Positions 1 to 11,879 of a DNA stretch of 64,000 bases are shown here, piece after piece. This DNA comes from Podarcis tiliguerta. Lineage: Eukaryota. The translations under genes were made by a program, and so were the position numbers. The notes beneath the pieces are model-generated. The model searched no databases. It was given only the letters and a program-made list of their open reading frames with translations, and was not told where the DNA came from. Location of the stretch: assembly GCA_965153285.1 (NCBI GenBank), contig OZ229114.1; one strand, given 5' to 3'. Position 1 is the stretch's first letter, and the number at the start of each line of letters is the position of its first letter.

Positions 1-222
1 ATAACCAGCTAAACAGTTAGAGGATCTATACAACTTTGTAACATGCAGAAAATAGCAATATTAGAGAAACCAAAGACTGGAACTGAGGGAAGTCGGGGGT
101 GTGGTGGTGGGGAATTGGGCTCTGGGTGGGAGGGGGAGGGGGAGGCAGGAAAAAAAGGGGGGGGGAGAAATAAGGATATGTTTTTGGATAATATATCTTG
201 TTATAACTTTGAATAAAAAAAT
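1..222 (+). mobile_element. L1-like LINE 3' UTR remnant (runs off window start)
   Basis: GGGAAGTC followed by a G-rich tract and AATAAAAAAA end, the same 3' UTR layout as the L1 at 40076-40590. Confidence 0.55.
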
Positions 223-235
223 GGGGGGGGGGAAA

Positions 236-306
236 TGAACCACCGATCTTTTGATTGGCAAGCCCAAGAGGCTCAGTGGTTTAGACCACAGCGCCACCCG
301 CATACC
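236..306 (-). mobile_element. Sauria SINE (Squam1) 5' head fragment
   Basis: Reverse complement reads gcgggtggcgctgtggtctaaaccactgagcctcttgggcttgccaatc, matching the heads of full copies at 37698 and 39440. Confidence 0.85.
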
Positions 307-388
307 TCACACAGAACAGGCAGTGGACAGGGGGAAAGAGACCTGAGAAATGGGACCTGAGAGGAGGGTTGAGAAGGCTTGAAGCAAA

Positions 389-578
389 AGGACCATGTAG
401 AAACATTTTGCTGAACAAAAACAATGCTCCATACAGCTCAATATTGTCTACAATGAATGGCATTGCCTCTCCCAAGATTTCAGATAAAGGTCTCACCCAG
501 CTGGAGATACTAGGGATTGAACCTGATACCTTCTGCATGCAAAGCAGATGTTCTCCCCCTGAGCTATGGCTGTTCCCC
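389..578 (-). mobile_element. tRNA-Ala-derived SINE (Squam2-like)
   Basis: Reverse complement: tagctcag...ctttgcatgcagaaggtatcaggttcaatccc...tctccag (A/B boxes, TGC anticodon loop), then gtagacaatattgagct body. Confidence 0.8.
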
Positions 579-1431
579 TTTTGGTTGGGGCAAATCAAGG
601 AGGAATGGGGAAAGAAAACAGGATTGTAGGGAAGAGGACAGGAGGCACGGAGCAGAAGAATGAGGGAAAGGGAAGGCCTGAAGGAGAAATCAGTGTCTAA
701 ATGTGCATGACTGTGATAAGCTGAAATCGTAGCCTCTGGCTTCTAGTCCATATGAAAGAAAGTTGGCATAACACATGACACCAGCACTGAAGAAACCTGA
801 AAGAAAGAAGGAGCCTGCTGATGTTCAAAAACAACATTTTCTCAAAACAAATATATGCTTAACGAGAACAAAATGGTTTACCACATCTAGTTAGCAGTCT
901 CAAGGCATCCGGGCTTCTGCTTCAGTGCTGCGTCAAAGCTGATCTCAGGGCTGGGGTGAAAAAGCTTGAAGCCTTAAAGCCCAACTGAGCATCAGCACAG
1001 CAGTAAAGCAGAAACCCTAATGCTCGCGACGGCCAGCTGCATGAGTTACATAAACATCTTCTGCTACCCCTGTTTGCCAATGAAACTACAGGGAACTGAT
1101 TTCCCAAGTACCTATAGAGAGTTCTGTTTGGGCAGCTGGCCCACGCATCAAATTGAGCATCGGAAGCATAACACATTATTTAAAATAGGCAGAAAGAAGG
1201 GGCACTTACATCCAAACACTGCAGTGTGGGTTGTAGCTGTACTCACGGCTGGATAGCTGGAACCTCACCCTCTCCCAGGACATTCCATCTCCTCCCTGCT
1301 GGTTTTGCTATTCTCCTCCTCCAAAGATCAGTTGCTATTCTGTTGGGAATGAGTAAGTCCAGTCCTCATTGGGCTGCTTATAGAGGCTGCTTTCACCAAC
1401 ACAGGCATTTCTAGGCACAATTTGCCCTCAC

Positions 1432-1793
1432 AGCCTCGGCCCAGTATACCTGAAGGAGCGTCTCCACCCACATTGTTCAGCCCAGACACTGAGGTCCAGC
1501 TTCGAGGGCCTTCTGGCCGTTCCCTCACTGCAAGAAGCGAAGTTACAGGGAACCAGGCAGAGGGCCTTCTCAGTAGTCGCTTTCACCCTGTAGAACGCCC
1601 TCCCCTCAGATGTCAAGCAAATAAACAACTATCTGATGTTTAGAAGACATCTGAAGGCAGCCCTGTTTAGGGATTTTTTTAATAACTGGTGTTTTAATGT
1701 ATTTTTAATCTTTTGTGGGAAGCCGCCCAGAATGGCTGGGTAAACCCAACCAGATGTTGTTGTTGTTGTTGTTGTTGTTACTACTACTACTAC
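1432..1793 (+). mobile_element. L2 LINE 3' fragment with (GTT)n(ACT)n tail
   Basis: tttagaagacatctgaaggcagccctg...agccgcccagaatggctggg 3' end; similar to the reverse complement of the L2 at 10601-11219. Confidence 0.9.
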
Positions 1794-3060
1794 TTGATGT
1801 TATTTAGTTGGAGAAGTGCACAGTGCGGAATCTGAAGAAGTGCAGATTTTGATGGATATCCACGCTTTGACTCTCAGATCTCATTGTTTTGGGAAGTGCA
1901 AACGACATGGATTCGTGATAAAATGTAACCTAGCCCAAATTTATCCCCATATCTAGCTCTCAGAGCATCCTTCGTGAGCATGCAGCACCGCAACCCAAGT
2001 GGCTAATTCTGTCCGATTGTTCACAAATCAATCTCCCTCTGAAAGTGCTGCTGTGTCAGTGTCTAACTTGCATCTGCATGAATATGCAAGGCAGCAGCAC
2101 TCAGACTGGGAGGAGGGAGCGAAAGGAGCTTGTCAATACTGGTTTGTGTGTGAGTGAATTGGACACACACACACAAATGGTATTTTTATTTAATTTGTCT
2201 TTGGAATGGAAAGTGTGTAATCATGTGGAAAATGAATTAAGGCAACTCACTTGTAGGTATTAAAGAAGGGGGGCGGGAACCGCACACCTCGTTTTCCTGA
2301 AGGATATGGCTGTTGAGATATGATAAAGCACATTTTCACCTACCACCCTTCTCAACAGCTTTTTGAAGTTTGTTGGGAAAACAAACACTTTTTTTAAAAA
2401 AAAAAAGTAAGAGAAAACTCTGTTCTGCTTCATTCTCCAAAGAAGTAATTTTGTCACAAAGTTACACAGATGAGAAGAAATTTCCTTTTCATATACCTGT
2501 CCCCTCCCTTCCTCTCACCTGTAAAATGTGCTTGAGCCACAGTCCATGTGTACTGGAAGATGCGAAAGGTGAAATCCTGAGTTATTGGGTTATTATTTTT
2601 TCTAGGGCTGTTTTATGGAAACAGTCTTTCTGCCCTTTTACCACTTTGGGTTGGCAACTGGAAGCCCCAGGGCTCAATCCACCCTCCCTTCAGGTTGCAT
2701 CATTTGGCTCCTCCAGTGCCAACTCAGAGACACTGGTACTGAGGACAGAGCAGTCACTATGGCCAGGGGATCTGGCTGCAGGCTACTCCAGGATGCTTGC
2801 CCTAGGCTACCACTACCCATTACATTTTTATAGCAGTCCCCTGGTAAAACTAGTTAGCTTTATTCGGACAGTTAACTCTTGACATTATTATGACTGCTAT
2901 CCAAAACAATAGATTAATTTCAGTAACTTTAATACATCTGCCTAATGCTGTTGTAGATGATGACCAGTCAATGTATGCTCCTCTTCTTCATGGCAAAGTG
3001 CTGTCATTTTAGAAGGAAGGCCTTTACCCTTTTTCCTTTGAAATCAACCAGACTCATTTC

Positions 3061-3210
3061 CTTTTTTTATTATTTGTTTATTTGGTTTTTCAGATTAAAA
3101 TTTTACAGTCATATATCAAACACAGATCATAAAAACAAGATTCCAATGAATCTCCTGGACTTCCATCCTCCCCTTTGTGGGTCCTATTATTAATCATTTC
3201 CTCCTGCATC
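3061..3210 (-). mobile_element. L1-like 3' UTR remnant
   Basis: T-rich tail followed by ggacttcc...ctcccc motif (GGAAGTCC on minus strand). Confidence 0.5.
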
Positions 3211-3264
3211 ACAAAAGCCATGGAAATAACTGAGATTTAGCCCTGTGTTTAACTGGCTACAGCC

Positions 3265-3490
3265 TACGTCAGGCAGTGTCAACATGAGGTCACACCACCC
3301 AGTCTGACTTCTTCCAGTATGAAGCATCAGAATGAAGTCAAAGTGGTCAGCCTCTAACCCCTTCAGGCAGATAGCATCAGCAAGAGATCACAACTATGGC
3401 CAACTTTTCAACAGCATGTTGACACAATGGAGGTCGCACTCCTTTAGTTAGACAGCATCAGCATGAGGTCACAATGGCCAGTCTTAATTC
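3265..3490. repeat. Degenerate ~45-bp minisatellite
   Basis: About five units resembling gacagcatcagcatgaggtcacaatggccagtct. Confidence 0.55.
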
Positions 3491-3496
3491 CTTGAG

Positions 3497-3999
3497 TGTC
3501 AGGGGAATGATGGAGACCACCTCCCCATCCTGACCCTTCCAGGGAGGAGGAAGATAAAGACAGTATAGATTTACAACAGGGGTTTGCGGGAGGTCACAGC
3601 TCAGAGACAGATGAGGGGGAAAGTTGGGAAATCATGGGAAAGGAGGAGCAGGCAGAGCTGGAGCAGCAGCTGGCTGACACAGTGTTATTAGAAAGCATTC
3701 CAGCCCCACCATCTCCTAGAACCCAGCAAGCCTTGAAAGCAGGAGAGCAAAGAGCTCAAAAACAGAGGGCACTTAACGGCACCAGTAGAAGAGATGATGA
3801 GACTGACAAATGAGGAAGTGGAATGTAGGAATGAGGAAGTAGATGTAGAGATTCACATGGCTCAATGCCATTATCCAAGAGGCTGGATTCTATAGCCTCT
3901 CTCTGTAAATATTAAAATAAAAAAGGACGGTAAGAAACTTTTCCTTGTTTTTCTACTTTCCTGGGCAACCAGTTGGGAGCCACTGACAGCATCCTGACA
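3497..3999 (+). mobile_element. Gypsy-type solo LTR (503 bp)
   Basis: TGTCAGG...CCTGACA termini; 5-bp TSD ttgag/ttggg (1 mismatch); AATAAA near 3916; related to 12640-13137. Confidence 0.85.
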
Positions 4000-4022
4000 T
4001 TGGGTGAGAATATTGCTTAGTC

Positions 4023-4158
4023 CAGGCTTCCTCAACCTCGGCCCTCCAGATGTTTTGAGACAACAATTCCCATCATCCCCGACCACTGGTCCTGCTAGCT
4101 AGGGATCATGGGAGTTGTAGGCCAAAAACATCTAGAGGGCCAAGGTTGAGGAAGCCTG
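4023..4158. mobile_element. hAT MITE (136 bp)
   Basis: TIR caggcttcctcaacct/aggttgaggaagcctg; perfect 8-bp TSD GCTTAGTC (4015-4022, 4159-4166). Confidence 0.92.
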
Positions 4159-4644
4159 GCTTAGTCTCTTCCTTGCTCTAGGCACAATGTCCTACCCAAT
4201 GGAGGCAGCGGGCAGGAGATGAAGTGTGCACAATCTATTTCTCATGGAGATGGGCAGCAGTAGAACTGGAGCCCAGTGGCCACCAGGGTCTCTCTCACTG
4301 AAAAGAGAAGCAACACTGAAAGGGGATGAGAGAGCCAGCTGGCTGGCAGGCAGGCATCCCAGCTATTCGTAGGGGACTTTCTGCACTTACCATTTATAAC
4401 TGGTGTAGTTGCTGGATTTTGGGATTTGTGGTGTGTTGCCAAACAACAACATCCTTGATCAGCTAGTATCCCAGAATAATGTACTCAAAAGAACACCGTG
4501 TGTGAGCTCCGTTCAGAGGAGAGACCTGGCAGATAGAGATGATGATAATGAGTCGAGGTGCTGCCCATGACAGCAGTCAGTAGCTGCAGACAAAATTCCA
4601 TGACAATAGGCAGGTTCACCATGGCTCAGGCAGAAATGTAGTTA

Positions 4645-4762
4645 CGCTCTGCACAGGGTTTCAGACAGGCGACTTTCCCATCCCTACCTGGAGATGTTGA
4701 GGATTGAACCTGGAAGCTTTTGCATGCAAAACAGATTTTCTATCACTGAGCTAGTGCCCTTC
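4645..4762 (-). mobile_element. Squam2-like tRNA-Ala SINE (partial)
   Basis: cctacctggagatg...attgaacctgg...ttgcatgcaaa...cactgagcta. Confidence 0.75.
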
Positions 4763-4856
4763 ACCTCCATTTCTCTAGTCCCTGTCCCTGTTGAAGGTAG
4801 AGGCCCAAGGCACTGAGGAAGAGGAGGAGGAGGAGGAATATGGTATTGACAGCCGC

Positions 4857-5019
4857 TGTAGGGGTAAGGTTGAGGGTGAGAAAAAGAAAAAAATATATAT
4901 ATATAAGAAATGTTCTTAGAAGATCTCTCCTGAGAAATCTCTGCTCTGCTCTCTAGCACCAGCACACAATTTGGGAATTAATGTGCTACACAACAGTCAT
5001 TTCAAAAGTTTGAGGAAGT
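4857..5019 (+). repeat. Local duplication, copy 1 (partner at 7007-7159)
   Basis: 49-nt core 4948-4996 matches 7088-7136 with one mismatch; flanks also align. Confidence 0.85.
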
Positions 5020-6389
5020 ATTGGCAGCAGGTGTATCTACCTCACTCTGCACTTCTGCACTGGGTTGCTTTCTTTTGGGGTGGGGGAAAGAGGTTGGTAG
5101 CAGCCCCTGGGACCCCCACCCCCTGAATCTGTGGGCCCAGGCATTAGCCCAAAAAAGCTGAATGTCGCCACTAGGCCCTTGTTTGTTTCATGCGCAATCA
5201 TAACATATTCTGCCTAATTTCAGCAACATTTTGACTTACAGCCACACAAGTGTATGCGTGTTTGCTCATAAGTAAGTCCCATCAGTTCAATGGCACTGCT
5301 TCCTGCTAAGTGTGCTTAGGACTGGAGCTTTAGAAAGTTATTTCTGACAGCTACTATTTTTCAGACAAATGTGTGCTTACTCGCAAGTACCTCGGAAAGC
5401 CGAAAGCCAGTGGGGGTGGGATACAGATAATAATTGTCTTCAAGAAGGTTTCGGGAAGTATTTTGTTTTCATCATTTTCTGTTTGGCAGGTTTTGAAGCG
5501 GATATATTTGTATTCACAGCGTTTCCCATTTTCCCGTACACTGGTTCACATTTTCATAACTTTTACTACTCTTTTCTCCTTTAATAGTGAGAAAGAACTT
5601 GGCAGTCTAAGAGATCTCACTGAAGCTTGGCCCTTAAAATCACTGCTGCAGTTATGCGCTGACCTGTAAGATGACTTCCAAGACTTTTCACACATGAGAG
5701 GAAATAGACAATAAAACTACTCCTTAACATTCTCTACCAGCCATTCTGTACATATAACATAAGCTCCTTGCCAAAAGGAAAGGGAAAAAGCATAATAAGA
5801 AAACAGTGAAGACTATAGCCTCTTCTGATTTTAACTGCATGGTGAATATTTATAGGGTGTAGAGAGTATTTCTCCCATCAATGAAACAATTTTTCATGAT
5901 AAAACTTCATTTGGCTTGTTTTGAAATCTTGGACCCTCGGGAGAAAATTATTTTTTAGTTGACTCTTTATGTGATTCCCTGAAATGGCAACCTGCATTTT
6001 TAGCACCCTCACACACATACAATTAGGCAACGTTATGGCACTTGGAGACTTATTATTAACTTTGCACCCTTAAAAACAAAAACAAAACCATGCTTTTAAT
6101 TATTATTTTTTAAAAGTGTCTGCAACAGATGCTTAGCCAAAAGATAAAAAATAAATCAGAAAAGCTTTGGAGATGGATTAAGGAAACGTTAATGAGATGG
6201 GAAGTTAAAGAACAAAGTACACAGACAGAAGATGCATATGGGACAAAGTGCCTGAGAATTGAGCAATGTAGAAGCCAAACTGTAATTCATCAAGGCATGA
6301 GTTGGCAGTGAGGAAGATGAGCAATGCAGAAACATGTAAGAAAAGCAGGCAGGCAGGAAACCAACACTAAATCACTTCTAGAAATCAAC

Positions 6390-6722
6390 AAATTTGTCAC
6401 GTTCGATACAACCTTATCCTCAGTTTGCCATATTTCTGTGTCAGTTTGTGATATTTTCCCTAAAAATAATTAAATCTCCATACAAATATGTCACCATTTT
6501 AGCATGTATTTTCCCCCCTAATGTAAACTTTTTTAAAGTTAAGAATGTACCCTTAATATTATTTTTGCTACTATTTCCATTTCTGTGCACTTTTGTTGTT
6601 GCTTAACTGCATCACAACCTTTGGAGAAGTGCAGGATTCAAGGGAGTGCTGCATTGTGGAAAGCACAAGTTAGGTAGGTTCACACTAAAATCCTAATGAA
6701 GCAGAATTTCTCCCCGTCTCTG
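6390..6722. mobile_element. Old DNA-transposon (hAT-like) relic
   Basis: Ends ttaggtaggttcac...gaatttctccccgtctctg, resembling the right end of 35210-35756. Confidence 0.5.
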
Positions 6723-7006
6723 ACCGCCACTAGGGGTGTTTTCCAAACTCCCACCATCCAAATATATCCGAGGATATATATTTTTGGTAGTACTGAATTG
6801 CCTGGCCCTGTCTCTAGCTGGAACTGGTGTGTTAGGAATTCACATTGCTCCATTTAAAGCAAACTCACCAAACAACCCACAGTGCACATCTCTAGACTTC
6901 CATGGCTCTGAGTCCCTTCTGCATCTCTGCATCTACATCCCCTCTAGGCTACAGAGGCACATGGTATAGAATACCTAGAACCAATTCTGTAGAGTGACCT
7001 TCTTTT

Positions 7007-7159
7007 TGTAGGGGTGAGGTGGAGGGTGTGAAAAAATAATAATCAGAAATGTTCTCAGAAAAATGTCTTCTGGGAAATCCCTGCTCAGCTCTCTAGCACC
7101 AGCACATAATTTGGGAATTAATGTGCTACACAACAGCCGCTTCAAAAGTCTGAGAAAGT
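7007..7159 (+). repeat. Local duplication, copy 2
   Basis: See 4857-5019. Confidence 0.85.
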
Positions 7160-8001
7160 TGTGCTTAAACTAACAATTCAATTAAGCCAGCCTTACAGCA
7201 TCTCACCCCTCCCCTTTACCTCCAAAAGAGAAAAACAAAACAACCCAAGTTTATTTGCTCTTCTGTGGATAACTTGGGAAAACAGCAAGCCTTGTGTATT
7301 CAGCAGTAACAACGACTCTTTGCTTTTCGGGTGCATGCTTAAAAATTCCACTGCTGTTCTCGTGCTAACATTCTTCATCTCTACCTGATTTCTGCCAAGG
7401 GTGTAAAAAAAGCCCCTCTTTTCTTTCTCTCTCATACTTCATGGGACTTATTTACCTTTTCCAACGTCAGACTCTCTCAGTAGCTGGAATCTGAAGTTGT
7501 GCTAGAAGGGAACAATGTGTGATGAATTTTAAACCAGATTTGTTTTTTATATATAAAAGACATATTGAATTGGCTGCAGGTAATTGGGTGTGTGTTTCTG
7601 TAGCTTGTTAGATCATTCCCCTAAACAGAACAACTTCTAATTTATTTAGTATTCTTCCACCCCATTCTTCTTCTGCAGAGGTCATGGCTTCTTACTTGAA
7701 GGGCTCCCAGTAGCATACCATCTAGATAGCTATCAGGTCTATCAGCTTCTTATCTTATCACCATATTTATAGGAAACGGTTCAAATGTTCTCCATTAAGA
7801 GAACCCAGAGAACCCTTTTAACATCTTGTTGTCCACTGGGAAATCCCTGGGGAAGTTGTTTGATGGTGGTGGCAATGATGTTATACTTTGTAAAAGCTTT
7901 CAGATTTCGTTGTGTGCCACCTAGAGTCTTTTGCATTAGCTAACTGACAAACTGAATGAATGAAATCCTTTCTGCTGTTGTTATCGTTGTTCACAAACTT
8001 A

Positions 8002-8640
8002 CCGTATTTTTCGCTCTACAGGACCCTCCAAAAATGAAGGGAAAATGTGTGTGCATCCTATGGAGCGAATGCAAGCTTCTTGGCTTCAGCGATAGCAACG
8101 CGAAGCCTCCAAAGCACAGAGGGAGAGCTCCCCCCCCCAGCGCGCTACGGAGGCTTCGCGTTGCTTTCGCTGAAGCTGTGCTCCAGGGGCTTCAGGCAGC
8201 TATCCGCAAGCCTTCGGAGCGCAGCAGGAGTTCCCGCCGCACTCCAAAGGCTTGCGGATGGCAACCTGAAGCCCCCAGAGCGTAGTGTGAATGCCCGCTG
8301 TGCTCCGGGGGCTTCAGGCAGCTATCCGCAAGCCTTCAGAGTGCAGCAGGAGTTCCCACCATGGTCCGAAGGCTTGCGGATAGCCACCTGAAGCCTGGAC
8401 TGCGAGAGGGGTCAGTGCACACCGATCACTCTTGCTCTCCAGGCTTCGCTTCACTGGAGAGGTGCTGCACAGTTTTCCCTCTCTGCGCAGCGCCCCTTCA
8501 GCAAAGCGGGAGGAGACATGAAAGGGGCTCCGTTTCTCCTGCCGCTTCGCTGAAGGGGCACTGAGCAGAGAGGGAGAGAATTTTTTTTCCTGTTCTCTCC
8601 CTCCTATGGTCCGGTGTGTCCTATAGAGCAAAAAATACAG
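8002..8640. mobile_element. Tc1/mariner-pogo (Tc2-like) non-autonomous DNA transposon
   Basis: TA|CCGTATTTTTCGCTCTACAGGAC ... GTCCTATAGAGCAAAAAATACAG|TA TIRs with TA TSD; GC-rich interior of tandem hairpins. Confidence 0.88.
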
Positions 8641-9337
8641 TATATGCCACTGAATTACAAAATAGGCTTCCAAGTAGCTTCCAGGTAGAAAAACCAATGG
8701 CACAAATGTTAAAATAGTAGCATCCATAATTGAAATACATAATTGAAATATTGAAATAGATAATAAAACAATCTTGTTAAAATAAAATAAAAATATTAAC
8801 ATCCATACGTAATTGAAATATGCAACAGATCCCGTTAAAACAAGACAGAAATTGAAACAGGAGATTCAGGTCAAGAGATCAAGGGAATTCCTGTGTAAGC
8901 AGATGCTTCTTCAAAATGCTGTTGGATGTCAATACAGATGGGGCTTCTCATACAGATGGGAAGAGCATCCACATGCATAGGGCTTTATGTATCCTTGCCC
9001 TGGGGGACTTACAATCTGGATATCAATGCAAATGAGCCAGAGCAAGGGGAATGTTAGCAGGGGTAAATGGGGAGGAATAGGTTATTATTGCAAATCAGTT
9101 CCACTTGCCTAGGCTTAATTTCAGCAGAGTGTGGAGGATTTGGATTTTGAAGAAAATATGTACAGTTACAATGACGTACTGGAAGGTGGTTCGAGCTGCT
9201 GGAGCCTCCAAGGGGAAAGGAGGCAGAGATGAGGCAAGGACTTTTCTTTCAACTCTGTGAAGTGTCATGTACACTGAAAGGAGGAAGAGGAAGATGATGA
9301 TGACGACGACGAGGAGGATGGCTTCATCTATCTATCC

Positions 9338-9522
9338 CAGGGGTACTCAACCTTTTTGTACCTACCACCCACTAATGCATCTTTCTTAATGGTAAAATTT
9401 TCTTACCGCCCACCAGTGCTCGATGGAAGGAGGATTCAGCCTGTGTCATAGAACCCGCTACTGCCCATTTGAATCCTGAAATGCCCACTAGTGGGTAGTA
9501 GGGACCAGGTTGACAACCCCTG
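9338..9522. mobile_element. hAT MITE (185 bp)
   Basis: TIR caggggtactcaacct/aggttgacaacccctg; perfect 8-bp TSD ATCTATCC. Confidence 0.92.
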
Positions 9523-9729
9523 ATCTATCCAAAGATGGACCAAACTGAAGATCTCATGGCTTGGTAGAGTTAATACTTTTAAAATGAATGCATTATTAGG
9601 GTGAAAAGAATCCGTTTGACAACATTAAGACACTAACAAACTATAGAGAAACATCTTATAGTAGCATCACCCACTTAGAAAAAAACAACCCAAAGGGAAA
9701 GGTTGATTTGCATGTCCAAAGTTTCCTTC

Positions 9730-9995
9730 TGCTGATGCTGCCTTTCTGGAGGAAAGAGACTGGCCCCGTGACATTTTGGCCAAAAGACAGAGCTTGCCCA
9801 TTGCAACATCCTGGTGTTGCCAGCCCAAATATAAGAGACTAGCTATTGGGACGTCACACTTATGCCACTGCCTGAAGGAGGGAGATTGGCCACTGTGAAT
9901 TTGAGATTATGTGGCCTAGCTGAAAGGGAGCTTGGTCACTGTAACATCTTGATGTTGCCAGCTTGAAAGAGTGAGACTAGTCCTTGTGACTTTAT
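9730..9995. repeat. Degenerate ~45-bp minisatellite, inverted relative to 3265-3490
   Basis: Repeated gagactggcc..tgtgac...tgatgttgcc units. Confidence 0.5.
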
Positions 9996-10600
9996 TGCAG
10001 ATAATTAATATTGCACAGGATCAATAAAATCCGACTCCTCTTCAAATAAAAATTGTCCGGACCAAAATATGGTTCCAAAATTTTACCAAACAGAACTTTC
10101 TTCAGAAAGACAAAAAAACAATAAATGATACCTCCAGATAGTTGCATAAATCATATGCTTCTCCAAGCATAGGTTCAGCTTCTTACAAATACGAAATAAC
10201 TTCAAACAGACCTAAAATCAAAGGTCTTTCTCTCCACACAGACTCCATTGCAGCCTGGAGCTGTTTCCCTTCTGTAGAGACCTCATTAGTTCACCTTTAT
10301 CTTTGGTGGCTTTCAGAAAAAAAAGGAACAAAAACCAGCTCCCCAAGATGATGATTTGCAACTAAATAACTATCTCATGTGATCTAAAGTTAAACACCAT
10401 GTCAGAGAGCAGAGAGGCACATCAACAGATAATTATCAACCTGTTTAGGTACCCAGAGAACTATTCTTAGCTTCAATGGAATTTCCCAAGTTAGCCAATT
10501 CTCATATGAAGTTATTTTTCATTTCAGTGTACAACTAAGCATACTGATGCTGCCTGCCTGAAGACGATGAAAGACAGTCTTCATACCACCTCATCATGGG

Positions 10601-11219
10601 ATAATAATAATAATAATAAAATAATAATAAAAATAATTTATTTATATTCTTTGTCTTCCAGACATCAGATAGTTGTTTATTTCTTTGACATCTGATGGGA
10701 GGGCGTTCCACAGGGCGGGCGTGACTACCAAGAAGGCTCTCTGCCTGGTTCCCTGTAACTTCACTTCTCGCAGTGAGGCAACCGCCAGAAGGCCCTCGGC
10801 ACTGGATCTCGGTGTCCGGGTTGAACAATGGGGGTGGAGACGTTCCTTCAGCTATACTGGGCCGAGGCCATTTAGGGCTTTAAAGGTCAGCACCAACACT
10901 TTGAATTGTGCTCGGAAACGTACTGGGAGCCAATGTAGGTCTTTCAAGACCAGTGTTATGTGGTCTCGGCGGCCGCTCCCAGTCACCAGTCTAGCTGTTG
11001 CATTCTGGATTAGTTGTAGTTTGCGAGTCACCTTCAAAGGTAGCCCCACATAGAGTGCATTGCAGTAGTCCAAGCGGGAGATAACGACAGCATGCAGCAT
11101 TCTGGCAAGACAGTCTGCAGACAGGTAGGGTCTCAGCCTGCATACCAGATGGAGCTGGTAGACAGCTGCCCTGGACATGGAATTGACCTGCGCCTCCAGG
11201 GACAGCTATGAGTCCAAAA
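10601..11219 (-). mobile_element. L2 LINE 3' fragment (ORF2 C-terminus)
   Basis: ORF 10852..11178: ...SRLDYCNALYVGLP...LQLIQNATARLV...DHIT..L..LHWLPV.FR..FK, the L2 clade signature; (TAA)n tail at 10601. Confidence 0.95.
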
Positions 11220-11429
11220 GAGTGCAGATTCCAAGGCAACTGCACATCCAGTCAACACATTAAACTGGATCAGGTGAGTCTGATTTGAAATTCAAACTTC
11301 ATGCATTCTTCCCACATCCCTAGTTTCAATGTTTTCAAACAAAAGGAAATACCATCAACTCTTATTTGTAGAGAGATTATTACATGGAAAAAAAAACCTG
11401 TGCTGTTTTTGTTGTAATTGCCCCACACA

Positions 11430-11539
11430 CCATTTTAATTTCATTAATGTATAATTGTTTTTTCATGTTTTTTTTAAACCTATGTTCTTATTTTATCTAT
11501 AAGTCGCCTTGTGTCCCTGTCAGAGAAAAAGGTGGGGTA

Positions 11540-11570
<31 letters not shown>

Positions 11571-11585
11571 ATAGCAACAACAACA
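11430..11585 (+). mobile_element. L2-type 3' tail with (AAAT)n
   Basis: tataagtcgccttgtgtccctg...gaaaaaggtggggtataaataaat(aaat)n. Confidence 0.65.
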
Positions 11586-11879
11586 AAGTGCAAACTTTTT
11601 GACTATATCTGGCCAGACAATAGATGTAGCGGAGCAAATAAAGCTATAAGACTACTATCTAGTGGTAAGAAATAGGTATGACAGAATCTACATATACAAT
11701 CCCAATATCTCTTTTCTGGAAATGGAAAACAGGCATTGGGATTAGCATAACTTTAGTGCAGCAGTTCTGGATATGAATTAATGTGACAAAGAAACTGAGC
11801 AATGTTTCAGTGAAAGATTTACAAATAAAATAAAATTAAACCTTTTGTATTTAATGTCATGCAGATTAAATCAAATATA

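Noticed and set aside
389-578. tRNA-like A/B boxes (also 13611-13876, 20347, 36845 and others)
   Set aside because: They are SINE heads followed by SINE bodies and tails, not tRNA genes
2370-2882. 170-aa ORF, longest non-TE ORF
   Set aside because: Non-ATG start, begins in T/A homopolymer runs, no recognisable domain or splice context; consistent with chance
4953-4962. TAGCACCA (miR-29 5' end) here, at ~7094 and at ~31865
   Set aside because: Only the first 8-12 nt match; the rest of mature miR-29 and its precursor hairpin are absent
8047-8564. GC-rich ORFs and CpG-island-like composition
   Set aside because: Entirely inside a TIR-bounded non-autonomous transposon; ORFs arise from palindromic repeats
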